From assembly GCA_003344405.1 (NCBI GenBank), contig NOWV01000246.1, positions 1 to 64,000 on the forward strand: 64,000 bases of DNA, given 5' to 3'. The notes beneath the pieces were generated by a model. That model saw only the letters and a list, made by a program, of their open reading frames with translations. It was not told where the DNA came from and did no database searches. Source of the DNA: Trichoplax sp. H2 (lineage: Eukaryota). Each line of letters opens with the position of its first letter. The first letter of the stretch is position 1. The position numbers and the translations under genes were made by a program. Shown piece after piece: positions 13,501 to 36,573 of the stretch.

Positions 13501-16500
13501 TTATAAACTTATTGATGAACGTAATTGAAAGGTCTTCGAAATATTAGGTTGGAACAGTACAGTAGGCTATAGTTGATAAAATTCTCTAATTTTAGAATTT
13601 TGTAGGTAAAATCGTATATGGAGTTTCTCTAGTATTATAAAACTCTAACTAACTGCTAAAATCGCATGCTTATTTTTATTAGAACTATCAGCTGGCTACT
13701 CCGATAGATCGTAACGGAAGATGCTTAACCGATCAAAATAGGTATAATATACGTAATATAGATTTTATAGAATTTTGCTCTTTACATAGTACTTTGCAAT
13801 CGAAGTCAGACAGATGCCGATGTTTCACTGTTTTCAAGAAATGATGAAATTACCCACAATCGTATGCTATATATATTTGTACTGCATTACGATTATATGC
13901 TGTAAGCTTGCTAAATTCATCTCGTAAGCAGATGTCAAGCTTTTGTTTTTAAATAGCAGTTGATCACCCTTTAAGTATCTATATACCAATGTACTGGTCA
14001 ACATTAGAAATTAGGCATCATCACTGTATATGTATAAAATAATTACTTAATTTTAAATCTAGATTAGCCAATAAGTAAGGGTCTTCTACAACTAATGATC
14101 CAAACACCTAGGGAATTTTAATTTAGATAAATTTAGGATCAAATACTGTATAGTAAAAGGTAAGTAACAATGCCACTCGCTCTGGTATGATTCCATATTA
14201 CACTTAATCTAACTTCTGTGGGCTTCAATCAGTATCATTGCCAATTCTACTATTAACGTCTATATTGCACGCGTATAGTAATATGTACTGTATGTTATAC
14301 AAAATGAGTCCCAGAATACAATAATTTAAGCAATTACTTAGTCCATCACCCTTAAGAGAAAGTTAAATTCAACAAATTTACTATATAACAAGGACTGCCT
14401 ACATCATTTAACAAAATGTAAGTTGTGTAAAAATCTTGATCGACAGACAAGATCAGCTAGTATATCAGTAATCAAACATTAATAACAACCTCAATCAATG
14501 GGTTTTATTCAAGAAATCTGTCAGTTTTAGCAAAATACGACCTTCATTGTTGAAAATGACCTTTACTCAGTTTAAAAATATCGGGCTAATTGGTAAAGTA
14601 AGGCCTTATCAACATTCCATATCATCTTATCTATTTACGACACCATGGGCGAATTGACTTAAGCTGAATTGAGATCTTTAAATTTTCTCCTATTACAAAT
14701 TAAAAGATACGCTTATTACAAATAAAAATCTAAAATTTGTGACTCGGGGAACTTTCCTAATTAAATAAATTATATTATATAATACAATGATTATTGAATT
14801 GGTTAGTTAAATTGTGTAATAGTAATGAAGAGTAAATGCTAGCATTATTAACAATGAGTTCCGCATGAAATAATATGTGGATCTTAAAAAGAAAAAAACA
14901 ATTACTAAATTGAATTTTATAGGTTTATAATAATCATAACTGAGATACTCACAGCATAAGATTATGATACGAGTATACTGTAAGCTCATAAAGCCCAGTA
15001 TACCGTTTACGGTACAGCTCAAGATACCAACGTACTGAATATTTATTTGATGAGAAAATCGTGAATTTGTGCTATTCATTTTTAGATTAAACCGACATAG
15101 CTAGAATATTAAATTTAAAAGTTAAAATCCATAAGCAATTTACCATTTTGTAGATATAATTCTGTTAATAAGCTAATTATAAATGAATAAAATATTCAAA
15201 TATTTTACTTTTAAATTAGTATTACTGCAAAAATTTCAGTCAGTAATCATGCTATTTATAATTATTACTTATACGCGTACATACAGCATTCAAATGATTC
15301 TAGTTCATACATCCAGTCTGAATAATCTTTCCGACAATCATTTTAGTTGGCCCTCCAAAAGAAAATAACTATTACTATATGAGGAATATTACGAGGGATG
15401 AAGAATGATTTATAGTATACTTCAATATAGCATTTTAATTTTTAGTCTACTCTCATGGATCCTGGATTGCAATCATTAGCAGAAACTTAAACTTATGCAT
15501 GCTCTAGTAAATAATAATAAAACCTTCCGTATCCCTATCACATCAGAGTAATTTCCTTTTAAATTATAACTTTATTGATTAATCTATGTCTATTACTGAC
15601 ACTCCAGTAATACATACGTTGTAATAAACTAGAATAAAATTAATTATCCATGATACAATAGCTGAGTCTAGTATATGATTGTATTAAAAGTAGTGTACTA
15701 ATTATGACAATATTGCCAAATGCTTCACTTCGGTATTTGGAATTGTCCTTTACCGCCCTAACCTCTTAAATTCATATTAGTAAAGCTATTTTCAAGCTGT
15801 ACGATTACTACTAGAGCATCTGATCTAAGATTATGTAGTTGCAGGCATTAACGTTGTAGGGAATTTATTTCCTGCAAGGTAGCATTTATTGGGACTAAAT
15901 AAGTCCATTTAGTTTGCGACTTAGCTGAGATTCTTGAGATGCTAATTGCAGTAAAATCTCCTCTACTTAACTAACACCCTAACACTAATTCTTTCTATTA
16001 TTGTGAGATTTCATAATTGAATATTCCAATAAATAATTGTTCAACATTAGAAAATACGGTTAATTCGCAAGCGCAATTAGTCAACTCAGAAGCGAAATTA
16101 TGCTCATGCCGGCTAGCATTACTGCGTCACGTTATTATCGTACGATGGATAATATAGGGAAGCGTTACAATGTAATGCTAACCAATATTTATATGTAGAA
16201 AGCCATACATGTCTTTAGCAGTTGCCCGATAGCTTCAGATAAAGAGGACCTAAGCACGCGTATAGCACTGGCAGTTATTGGATAGCTCTGCATCTATACG
16301 CACAGTATATTATATAGCTACATACTGTATAACGAACGGATACAGACCGCCATATATAACACAAACAATTATTGGTGGCTCTTTTCGTTCATTGTGAACG
16401 GAAGTGGCCGGTTAGTTAAACATGCGTATATCTGAAATGTATCATTTTGGTCCTGAAATATGTCATTATAGTAAGGAAAATCAATCAGCACATATTTTAT

Positions 16501-16643
16501 TTATTATGTATTTTAATCATCGTAACTTTGTTATGTTTTAAGTATTAGATACCAAATAAGGTCAAAAATGTCATTTTACCTTTGAACTTTGATTGTCCGA
16601 CACCGACTGATTAGCTTGAGATAATCTCACGTATAATATATTA

Positions 16644-16727
16644 CTAGTACAAACTCTCGTCGCTTTGCTGACGGTTTGCGATAATGTACCCATTTGTTAA
16701 TAATTAACAGATAGTATTACCATTCGA
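16644..16727 (-). mobile_element. Very short non-autonomous Helitron-like element, copy 1
   Basis: On the minus strand it starts A|TC and ends CTAG|T, with a subterminal hairpin (CCGTC-AGCAAAGC-GACGA); homologous to 25960-26033. Confidence 0.6.
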
Positions 16728-17344
16728 TATTATATATATCCCGTAATAGCCAGGCTCTACTATATATTCGCAGCTATGCTTCTAGAATACTACTTTTCAA
16801 TGATGCATTCACGGATGAAATGCTATGAAATGCTATATTAAGTTAAGATTAGTTAATGGTCCTAAGTACATTATGATAACTAATGTACGGTGATGGACAT
16901 ACCAAGTTAAGATTAGCAGGTACTGTAAGATATCTACAGTGCGGGACAATGTCCTTAGTACTGTGGTCAATTCTATACCAATCATTATAATGTGTCTAAG
17001 GATCGCTTGCTCTGTCGATAAAAACCGTTATAAGAAAATGTAAGAATCAAAATGGCTGTGTAGAAAACTCTATAAAGATTCTATGTTTATTCAATTTTCA
17101 TCAGAGTATTACATCAAATCAGAATTGAAAGGCCCAGTGGCCATCCTTAGCGATATAACGAATACTATTTTAAAAATCAGTACTCTGTAGAAATTACTAC
17201 CTTTATAAGAGCTATCGTTTTACATGAAGAAATCTTGAGGTAAAAAATACTGTAAGAATCTTATACTGACGTATTGAAATGAACCCATAATCACAGTCAT
17301 CTAACAGTAGTATAAATACCCCCGCGCTGCTCGTGGGTGGTATG

Positions 17345-17563
17345 TACAGTATGTATGATAAACTGTCGCTAGAAATGGCATGATCAAGAAGATATTAAGT
17401 TAGTAAACAGCTAATATTGGGTATTGTTATCTATACAGGCCACAGTATATCATACAGTTTATCATACAGTATGTATGATAAACTGTCGCTAGAAATGGCA
17501 TGATCAAGAAGACATTAAGTTAGCAAACAGGTAATACTGGGTATTGTTATTTATACAATCCAC
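17345..17563. repeat. Tandem duplication with 120-bp period (two diverged ~100-bp copies)
   Basis: 17345-17443 and 17465-17563 both read TACAGTATGTATGATAAACTGTCGCTAGAAATGGCATGATCAAGAAGA... with a few substitutions. Confidence 0.9.
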
Positions 17564-18166
17564 GCAGGGTTCGAATCTCTTACCGTATAAATGAGAATAT
17601 ACCCGTCTTTGTATTAAAGCACTAATTTCTAAGCAAAATTTTTTACGAAGATTGTCCACAGTATAGGTTTTAATTATTTTTATTTGGTGATATTACAATT
17701 ATAAAGCGAGAGCATCCGAAACGTACGATCCATCTTCAAATATTAAAATATAATATTTATGATACAGCAGAAATAAACGTACCGTATACAAGAGGTATTG
17801 CTGTCTTCATCAAATGTGTGAAAGTTATCGCAATTAGACCGTACTGAAGTCTTTTTAACATGTAATGAAATTTATGATGTTACTGATTAGTATAAAATTA
17901 GCTTGATTAATTAACCCCTGTCGCTTCAACGACAGAAATAACACAGTTTAAAGATCATGATTTAATCTTTGTTAATATACATATTTATGTAGTGTCCGAA
18001 CTTACAATCAAATGCTGTTTAGTGTAGCGTTCGCCTTGGGATACAGACTATGTGTCTGTAGGGGCCAATTGACCTATTGAACCTTTGAGAAGGGTACATA
18101 GCACATTCGATCTTCTGTACTGTACACTGTACAGTATAGTACAGATAGCTTTTTTTACATATTTAC

Positions 18167-18218
18167 TATTTTTAATTTGCAACTCATTGAACCTTCCATG
18201 AGTTGCAAATTAAAAATA
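18167..18218. repeat. Perfect inverted repeat, 21-bp arms and 10-nt loop
   Basis: TATTTTTAATTTGCAACTCAT / TGAACCTTCC / ATGAGTTGCAAATTAAAAATA. Confidence 0.9.
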
Positions 18219-19448
18219 AAACTCTGATTGAGTGTAAGTATTGACCAAATCCGGCAAAATACTGCGGTACTTGAAGGTAGGTTGAGAATGAAGTGTTAAT
18301 CAGATGCGAACGACGTTTTATTAGTCTCCCTTCGCCCTACACAGTATATTATCCTGATCATCTGAACCTACCTTTAATTTTTTAGATCTAACTAGAGAGG
18401 GATAACATTAGACGAGTCTCTCCAGGATAAAAGATAAATATTTATATTTGCCCCTTTACAAACATCCCGTGGTGCTTACTTGCCCCTTGCCAAACCTGTC
18501 CGATAACCATAGATAACCAACCATAAGACATGGACATATACCACATGGAGGATAAATTAAATTGAATTATCTCATTAGATGAATCTATCGTTAAAACAAC
18601 AGTGCGTTTAGTACGAAAGTCGTGCTATATCCTCAAGACATTACATTTTGCTCAATATGAGACATTTAAACATTTTTCCTGCTTTCCAAGTCGTTGAAAT
18701 TCTAAATGTACTATATCTTCAAAGTATGCAAATGTCCTTAAATATTTGAAATTTAATTCAGCTATCTGTTCTTTCGTAGTCCTATAACATCTTCTACCTC
18801 TAGACTTTAGTCTACTTAGGTTAATTATAGCCAATTGCTAACTTTACCCGTATCTAACCCTATAAATAAGTATGTCTATCCTTACAATATAAAATAGTCA
18901 TCTTGAATCTATTAAGTAAGAATCTATTCGAGAGATACGTTTCGTACATAAACAACCCTTCGTATCACTGATTGTCAGCGTTAGATTTGCTTTTTTATCT
19001 TATCGTTCATTTAGTTTCTCTTCTTGACCTCTTACGGAAATTTATGAAATTCAATCAACTACTATATTTGACTTTATCTTCAAATGCAAAGTGACATTAT
19101 CCCATAGTTAACATCTCTACGTTAATACGTATACGAAATTAACTTTCTTACAAGAAGGTATTATTAGGATTTTGCATAAGCTACGGAACTGCCACCCGTA
19201 ATTATCGGGAATAATTTGGAAGTATGATCTAAAATAAACATTCATAAAAGTTATTATTCTTTTATTGGCTGAAAGTCCGTATTTTCGGCTAAAGTTCAAC
19301 TGGTTGACACTGTATGCCGCAGCGTGAAGACTCGATACATTACTTAAGTTGAACGAGTAAAGTTTTCAAGCAGAAACATCCGAAGGATCGCCGCTCGCTA
19401 GTAAATTCTTCAAAGAGGTTCCGGTAATAATTGCTTTTTCATCTACTT

Positions 19449-19494
19449 NNNNNNNNNNNNNNNNNNNNNNNNNNNNNNNNNNNNNNNNNNNNNN
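19449..19494. other. Assembly gap (46 N)
   Basis: Run of N in the sequence. Confidence 1.
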
Positions 19495-19875
19495 TTGAGT
19501 GAGGCATAAATCAAATATTAATTGTACTGGCTGTGCATTAAAGTAGGATCACTACAATCGATGCATCGCCATTGCGTGCTGCTACCTTCAAGCTGAGCAC
19601 AACATATAAATAACTTTTGGTCATCCAATATGATCGGAAAGATAGTGCTGACTACAAGAAATGATTGCTGATTAATTTACCATGATTTCCAACTAGAAAT
19701 AATATTGCGAACAAGGTATAACGACAGCAAGCAGCACTACTGGCAGGAAACTTCATCATCGACTTTAGTCAAAAGGATGCAGGGCGAGCTGCTGCCAAGC
19801 CGTTTCTTGTACTGTACAGTACAGTTCTTTATATATTTTATGGAGTACTGTAGATGTACTGTACAGTACAGTACT
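19495..19875. repeat. Direct repeat of 39044-39423 (GNPTG intron 1 part, exon 1 and promoter)
   Basis: Near-identical to 39044 onwards (TTGAGTGAGGCATAAATC...), with a few SNPs and indels. Carries the same minus-strand exon [28 protein letters not shown] at 19759-19681. Confidence 0.95.
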
Positions 19876-20148
19876 GCCGTACAGTATACAGTACTGTACA
19901 CTGTACAGTACTGTCTGAACTTTGCCATACTGTACAGTACAGTACAGTATTTTCCAGTTGCTGTCAGAGTAAATGTACTGTACAGTACAGTTCAGTACTG
20001 TAGTGTACAGTATTTTTACTAATATTTTAGTAACCATTTTTGTCTGTTACAAAGCTTGGATGCTTGAAAAACACTTATTCTGGACAGGTGTAGTGATCAG
20101 TCCACAGGACTCCAGGTAGTAGTCCAGGACTGTACGTACAGTACTGTA
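19809..20148. repeat. TACAG/CTGTA pentamer array upstream of TPI
   Basis: Dense alternating-orientation pentamers forming TACAGTACTGTA and ACTGTACAGT palindromes (main block 19809-20012, small block ~20129-20148). Confidence 0.9.
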
Positions 20149-20460
20149 ATGTTTTCTAAATTTTGACTCTGTTATATTAATAAACATTTTCTGTCGTAGC
20201 GTACGTGACTGATTTACTTACTGTATGCAGATATTTTCTGTGGGATCACGTAATGACTGCTTTGCACAATCATTGCACAGAAATACAGTATAATATATAG
20301 TACTGTATGGCATGGTTGTGGCATGTACTAAACGTATCTCTATCACCCGTAGAAATAAACCTCACCAGCTTGACTAGGTGACAGTTTGCAGTTTGTACTT
20401 ACTGGAAGCTGATTTGAACTTCATTTACTGTTCAGCACGATAGCATAGAAGTGTAGTAAA

Positions 20461-22468
<2,008 letters not shown>

Positions 22469-23609
22469 TTAATGATTTCGACTTGATTTGGCCATTGCCC
22501 TAACTATTTTAGCAAGGGTTGCTTCATATGTTTAATGTTATTATTTAGTACATGCTGTTCCCTTGTCTGTTATTGATTGCTAGCATTCCATTATATTGAA
22601 ATAAAATTGAAAACAACCTTATTGTTACATAATGTTGGTATTCATGAAAGTATCAACTATTAAGACAGACTTAATTGTACAGTAATGCATTTATAGCTCA
22701 TCGCAAGCTATTATAATAACCCTCAGAATGTTAACGCATAGGAAATTTCTGCCATTTTAGGCTCAAAATGAAACTTAACTGCTAACTGTCTTCGGTTCTG
22801 TCCGTAGTGATGCATTAACCAGGTTGAACATACTGCAGTATGGCTCCATTTAAAACTGAATTTCAGATAACGAATAGCTTAGTACCGATATTAGCTAAAG
22901 CACACGGAATTATAGCGGAAATGGCTATAATGATAAAATATATAATTGATCCTCAGACGGCTAGAGAATTTACAATTTATTAATCTTCTAAATTACAGTA
23001 ATTAAAATGAATTGAGATACGCACTTTCGAGTAGTGTCAAAGAATCTTAAGTATTTAATACGTTCATCGATAGGTGTAGCATTAGTAGCAACAGCATTCA
23101 TTCCGAAACACGACCACTGTTACAGTAGAATGTCAAGTAAAAAGTCTTAAGTGTTAATAATTGCTCGTAAATTAGTCGTTTTGACTTAGTGAATAGGTTG
23201 GGCATTGAAATTCACAACTTAAATGACCAAGTCGCTACTATCGGAGTACCCGAGAACTAATGCACAAATGTAACTTTAATGAATAGCAATTCTACAAAAA
23301 CAATAATTATTATCTTAAAATAAGGATGGCGTACTAGCCAATTTGAAGTATCAATTATGATTAATATATAAACCTCTCTTATGTTGATTTTATTACATGT
23401 CTAAGGTAATTAATTGACAATTTGGATAACTGATACTAAAGAATACGAGTACTTAAACTATTCATTTATGACTGTTTCACAAAGTTACTTGTACTGTGCA
23501 AGACTTTTAAAGGATATTAACTTGTCAGGTTCTTAAGATTTATATAGCGTTAGCAAATCCTAGACTAATAAAATTTGTTGGGATTCATAACTATTTCACG
23601 GTAATATAG

Positions 23610-25565
23610 TTAAAATGGATTTGTAAAGTTTTGTGCTGGGAATGGTTGCATAGGCTGGTCATAAGGTGTACTGCCAACAGGAGCAATACCTGGAGCCATA
23701 GGTGACATTCCAGTGGCTGCAGTATTACGCAACTGATTCATAGATGGCCGCTGTTGCGGCTGACAGAAAGGATTTTGGGGTCGTTGATTGCTTGAATTTT
23801 GAAAAGGGTTGGTCGACATTCCATCAGCAACAGGAGCATTTACGACCAATGTTTCTAAATTGACTAAAGACGAGTTTTCGCCTAAGAAACTCTTAGCGTC
23901 TTTTAATTTTGATGATGAATTCGATGTATCTCCATGAGCAACCTGATTGATATTCATCGGTGTCAATATGGAAGCGTTATTGGTATTATCAGCACCTTCT
24001 GATGCGCTTGGATTAGTTAATCGTAATGATGCAAAATCATCTAATTCATCCTTCTGAGCAGATGGTTTCGATTGCCAAGGGTCACTTTGAGAGGGAGCCG
24101 ACGTTTCATTTTGAGTGGCCCATGGATCATTGGCTGCTGCTACTGGTTGATTATTATTTAAAGAAGGAGCAGCTGCAGCTTTAACAGACTGAATAGGAGG
24201 TTCTGTATTCGAACTCCATTGGTCAGTATAAAGTTGTGGGTTAGCCGTCGTTTGCTGTTGAAAAGGATCCACAGACTGACTTACTGAGGCTTGGGTTGGA
24301 ACATTACCGACAGGTATGTTATTAGACGACCAAGGATCACTTGTCGTGGCTGCTGTCTGATTTAATGGTTGCGCCGGCTGTGCAGACCAAAGATCAGTAT
24401 TGGACACTGAAGTCTGAACCGGATTTGCAGGTTGAGTAGACCATGGATCCTTATTGGTAACCAATGCTTGTGAACTTGCAGGAGGCGCTGACCAAGGATC
24501 ATTGGTGGTGACTTGGGCAGAAGTTTGCGGTTGCGTTATGTTGCCAGTGGATTGAATTGAACTAGCTGCTGATCCCCAAGGATCTACCAAAGCATTGGAT
24601 TGCATATTTACAGAAGGAGGCTGACTTTGCACTGCAGGAAACGAATTTGCTCCTGAGGACCAAGGATCACCGCCCACAGTACCTCTATTTGAAATCGTTT
24701 GATTTTGCTGATTAACAAGAATACTTTCATTGATGGCTTTCTTGAGCTGTTGATCTTCGTGTAGTTGCCGTTTCTCGTGATCTTGAGCAGCTTGTCTACT
24801 CATTGCAAGGGCTAAATTTAATTGCATTTCCTCTTCAGCAGCTGTTGATGGCGCATCAGATATCACAGAATCAACCGTCGTTATGCCAACACTACTCGGT
24901 ACAGCATTGGTGGTATTAGCGCTAACAACGGTTGGGACTGCGACTGGGGCTGGAGCTGGGGCTGGAGCCTGGGCAGGAAGTGGAGGCGGATAAGCAACAC
25001 TAACTGGTACACCAACAACGGTCGTTGTTGGATGGAATGTAATCTGTTGTGAAGTAGGGTTCGAAGGCGGTGTCTGCATTACTGGCTTTCCAGTTTGGCC
25101 ACTAGCCCTGATAAATCTTTCTTTAGCTTTGAGAGCCTTTTCTCGTTCTTCTTTCAATCGTTCGTCGTCCTTTAATAGAGCAACCAAATGCTTGGCTTTT
25201 TCTCGAACATTTAGTCCCTGATCCTTGTTGTCTTTATCAATAAATTGAAAATCCTTCAGCGTCTGGATAGCAAAGATATTCTCGCGACAATTTTGCGTTA
25301 CTCTGTCCGATCCAGTCTTGATGATGTATTCCAACAAAGTCAGTGCTTTATAAACGTGTCTCCAGTTCTTACCATGATCATTTAAACGTTTCCAAACAAT
25401 ATCCATAATTTCTTGAAAAGCAGACATGTTGTAAGTTGCGTCGGCAATTTCGGTCATGATGGTGGAACTTGGGCCCCATGGATCATTCGAGGTAGCTTCT
25501 CGTACCTTCCTTTGGACATCAGTATAATTATAAACTACATTCTTAAAGGAACGCGTGATCGGCAT
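23610..25565 (-). CDS. EPN: Epsin (ENTH domain, 2 UIMs, DPW repeats, clathrin-box-like LVNLE, 3 NPF motifs); intronless
   Basis: KNVVYNYT-VQRKVREATSNDPWGPSS ENTH start; EEEMQLNLALAMS UIM; repeated DPW; ends in TNPF. First ATG at 25565 (the ORF track starts at a TTG). Confidence 0.95.
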   Translation of the reverse strand: MPITRSFKNVVYNYTDVQRKVREATSNDPWGPSSTIMTEIADATYNMSAFQEIMDIVWKRLNDHGKNWRHVYKALTLLEYIIKTGSDRVTQNCRENIFAIQTLKDFQFIDKDNKDQGLNVREKAKHLVALLKDDERLKEEREKALKAKERFIRASGQTGKPVMQTPPSNPTSQQITFHPTTTVVGVPVSVAYPPPLPAQAPAPAPAPVAVPTVVSANTTNAVPSSVGITTVDSVISDAPSTAAEEEMQLNLALAMSRQAAQDHEKRQLHEDQQLKKAINESILVNQQNQTISNRGTVGGDPWSSGANSFPAVQSQPPSVNMQSNALVDPWGSAASSIQSTGNITQPQTSAQVTTNDPWSAPPASSQALVTNKDPWSTQPANPVQTSVSNTDLWSAQPAQPLNQTAATTSDPWSSNNIPVGNVPTQASVSQSVDPFQQQTTANPQLYTDQWSSNTEPPIQSVKAAAAPSLNNNQPVAAANDPWATQNETSAPSQSDPWQSKPSAQKDELDDFASLRLTNPSASEGADNTNNASILTPMNINQVAHGDTSNSSSKLKDAKSFLGENSSLVNLETLVVNAPVADGMSTNPFQNSSNQRPQNPFCQPQQRPSMNQLRNTAATGMSPMAPGIAPVGSTPYDQPMQPFPAQNFTNPF

Positions 25566-25730
25566 TCTCAATAGTCAAATAAACTAGTTTTATAAACTTG
25601 TAACTAGATTAAAATATAGTAAATGCAGTTAAGACATTCGCTTTTCAACGCAGCGCGACGACAAGTACCGTACAGTACGCCAACAGCAATAAATGCCTGT
25701 AAAATAAAATGGCTTTTAGACTGGACGACT

Positions 25731-26417
25731 TACAGTACAGTACGGTATTTTACGAGTAGTGTACAGTCCTAGAACTACCCATTCATGTACTGTACACTGT
25801 ACTGTACAGTACATTACAGTACAGTACAGTACAGTACTGTACAGTACAAGGACTTCTGGAAAGAAAATGAATTTCTCTTCAAATCTTGTACAGTACTGTA
25901 CTGTACAGTGTACAGTGTACAGTAGTGTACAGTACAGCACAATACATCTGACAGGTCTATCAAATGGTAATACTATCTGTTAAATGAGCCCATTATCGTA
26001 AACCGTCAGCAAAGCGACGGGAGTTTGCACTAGTTTACTTCATTTATGTCCATATTTACTGTACTGTAGCGTCTCTGCCGTACAGTACAGTACTGTACTG
26101 TACAGTGCAATTTACAGCACAGTTTAGAATTAATAGTACTGTACACTGTACACTCAGTACTGTACTGTACGTACAACATTATTTGATATCGTTATTACAG
26201 TACTGTACTGTACCGTACTGTACAGTATGTACTGTACTGTACGTTGTCGAGAGAGTTCAATGGTTCGATTGTACTGTAGATTGTACTGTACACTGTCAGG
26301 ACTGACTGTACCTTGGACTACGCACAGTAGTAGAAATCACTACTATTTATATTAACGTGTAATTCGACCGAAGTGCTATTGTACAGTACTGTACTGTACT
26401 GTACAGTACAGTACAGT
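25731..26417. repeat. TACAG/CTGTA pentamer arrays upstream of epsin (25731-25938 and 26056-26417)
   Basis: Mixed-orientation pentamer runs that give rise to the spurious YCTVQ-type ORFs. Confidence 0.9.
25960..26033 (+). mobile_element. Very short non-autonomous Helitron-like element, copy 2
   Basis: A|TC start at 25960, hairpin CCGTC-AGCAAAGC-GACGG at 26003-26020, CTAG end at 26030-26033 followed by T; no target-site duplication; matches the reverse complement of 16644-16727. Confidence 0.65.
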
Positions 26418-26862
26418 AGTAAGAAGTTCTTACTTAATTCTCATTGGCTGACGTACTTGCATAGAAACTTCTTGACAAAAAATTTGACCTCTTTATAATG
26501 GCTCCAACATTAAGGTATTTGAAAAGGGAGGCAATTTTGAAGTGGGATAAATGGAGGTTCGTAATAAGAAAGGTAAATATAACTCGAGGATTTCACAATA
26601 AATCGCCACCACTTCTTGGGTATCTTAGTCAGTATTTTATTAGTTCTCCAACATGGCATTTATATTCGTTTAAAATTACACAATAGTAAAACAGGTTAAA
26701 ACTGGTCATTCAATCGGAAAATTACAACCCATACAAAATGTTGCAAGCACTAGTCTATCTCTTTAAATTGCTTAGTTAATACTGGATGTACAGTATTAGA
26801 CCTCCCAAGAAGAGATCAACTAAACTCAATTCTACAGTAGCATTTACAACCAGACGAAATTG

Positions 26863-26953
26863 CTGTACTGTACACTGGAGTGTACAGTACTGTAGAGTAC
26901 AGTGTACAGTACAGTACAGTACAGTGTACAGTGCATATTGCATAGTACTGTAC
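26863..26953. repeat. TACAG/CTGTA pentamer array immediately upstream of ABCC
   Basis: Pentamer run ending about 85 bp before the ABCC ATG. Confidence 0.9.
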
Positions 26954-27037
26954 ACGCTAACCTCGCTTTTATCTCTCCTCCCGTTCATCAGTGATTGAAA
27001 CACTCACAGTAGACGGGAATGACATAGCTTTTTAGAA

Positions 27038-35325
<8,288 letters not shown>

Positions 35326-36573
35326 CACTTACATTTGAGTTGTAATCTGTACGTTGTTATACGGTAGAAAGTATCATTTAAGTATAATGAATCATAGCAT
35401 CTTTTTAATTAGTATCATAACAACTAAAGACTAATTTCCGTTTTACCTTTCATCGTGTATTAGTATCAACTACGTAATTTTTTCTATGTCGTAAGTTACG
35501 ATTATTTAATTCATGTCTGATGAAGCGATTCTTAGTTGTAAGATCACTTCTCAAAAACGTGGGTTTATGTGGAGAAGAGTTGTTGTATTCATCATTAATG
35601 TTGACTTTTATCCTAATTTTATGAGATGTTAAAGTGATACATTTAACAAACTGTTTTTAATTTATTTTGCACTTTAAGTGGTTCTCAAGATGAATGTAGT
35701 ACTCCTTAGACGATATGCACGAGCTTTTTTGGTCTTCATTTTAAAGATAGGGCTTGCCTAAATTTTAAATCACAATACGCGTATTTAGGTCAATTAGAAT
35801 ATCATTGCTTATCTACGACACTTTTGCTAAAATTTTAATCTGCAACTTGTGACTTAGGTCGCAACATGGCTAATTAGGGAAATATAAGATGCTAATAATC
35901 GTAATTGCTATTTCTCTAGTAACAGATTTCGATTTAATCGCTTATGGGAATGAAAGATAATATATTTTTTTCCTTTTAGCTAAAATATAGCAGGAGGTCT
36001 CATTTAATAAAGGCTATAATCGTAAGCTTATATATGTACTCACAGTGGATGGCAGTAGATAATATAATAAAAACAATTTAAATGTCAATCTTTTGAAAGT
36101 CGCGTTACTTTTCTGTAAAATGAGCCCAGGCACATTCGTAGTCATGCTAGTTGATTAAGACTAGGTTAATGTCATTTTCGTTTTGCATATTATAAAGCCA
36201 ATGTTAAGGTTATTCGCAAACGATGTATGTAGCTGCTGGAATAACACAGCCGTTAGCGCACTTAGTTTTCGCCTTTGCAATCACCATTGTGATCAAAATT
36301 TATTATCACGTTTCTTTAACCGCAGTTGTACTGTATCACAAATAATCATATTCTACAAAAATATTAGTCTATAACAATTTAAGTACAATCGTTTTGCAAC
36401 TGCAATGGAAGAAAACCAATAAATAATTTGACTCTTATAAGCTGATATGCCTTGCAAATGTAGTGAAAAGGTAATCCTATACTGTTCATAACTTCTTTAC
36501 AATCTACGAATTTATGCTTTATGAATTTGCAACTTTCAGCTTGTAGATGAAATCTCTTTATAATTCATTGCAT

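Noticed and set aside
15755..15990. Isolated CCCTAA hexamers
   Set aside because: Single units are expected by chance; not an interstitial telomere tract.
17560..17585. tRNA gene suggested by GGTTCGAATC
   Set aside because: No cloverleaf, acceptor stem or D-arm could be folded upstream.
19705..20037. ORFs rich in YCTVQ/STVLY (also 25716-26305, 26776-27003, 39254-39526)
   Set aside because: They are translations of the pentamer arrays, open on both strands and low in complexity; not credible proteins.
25731..26953. CRISPR-like or centromeric satellite interpretation of the pentamer arrays
   Set aside because: No constant repeat with unique spacers of uniform length, eukaryotic context, and the arrays are short and gene-proximal.
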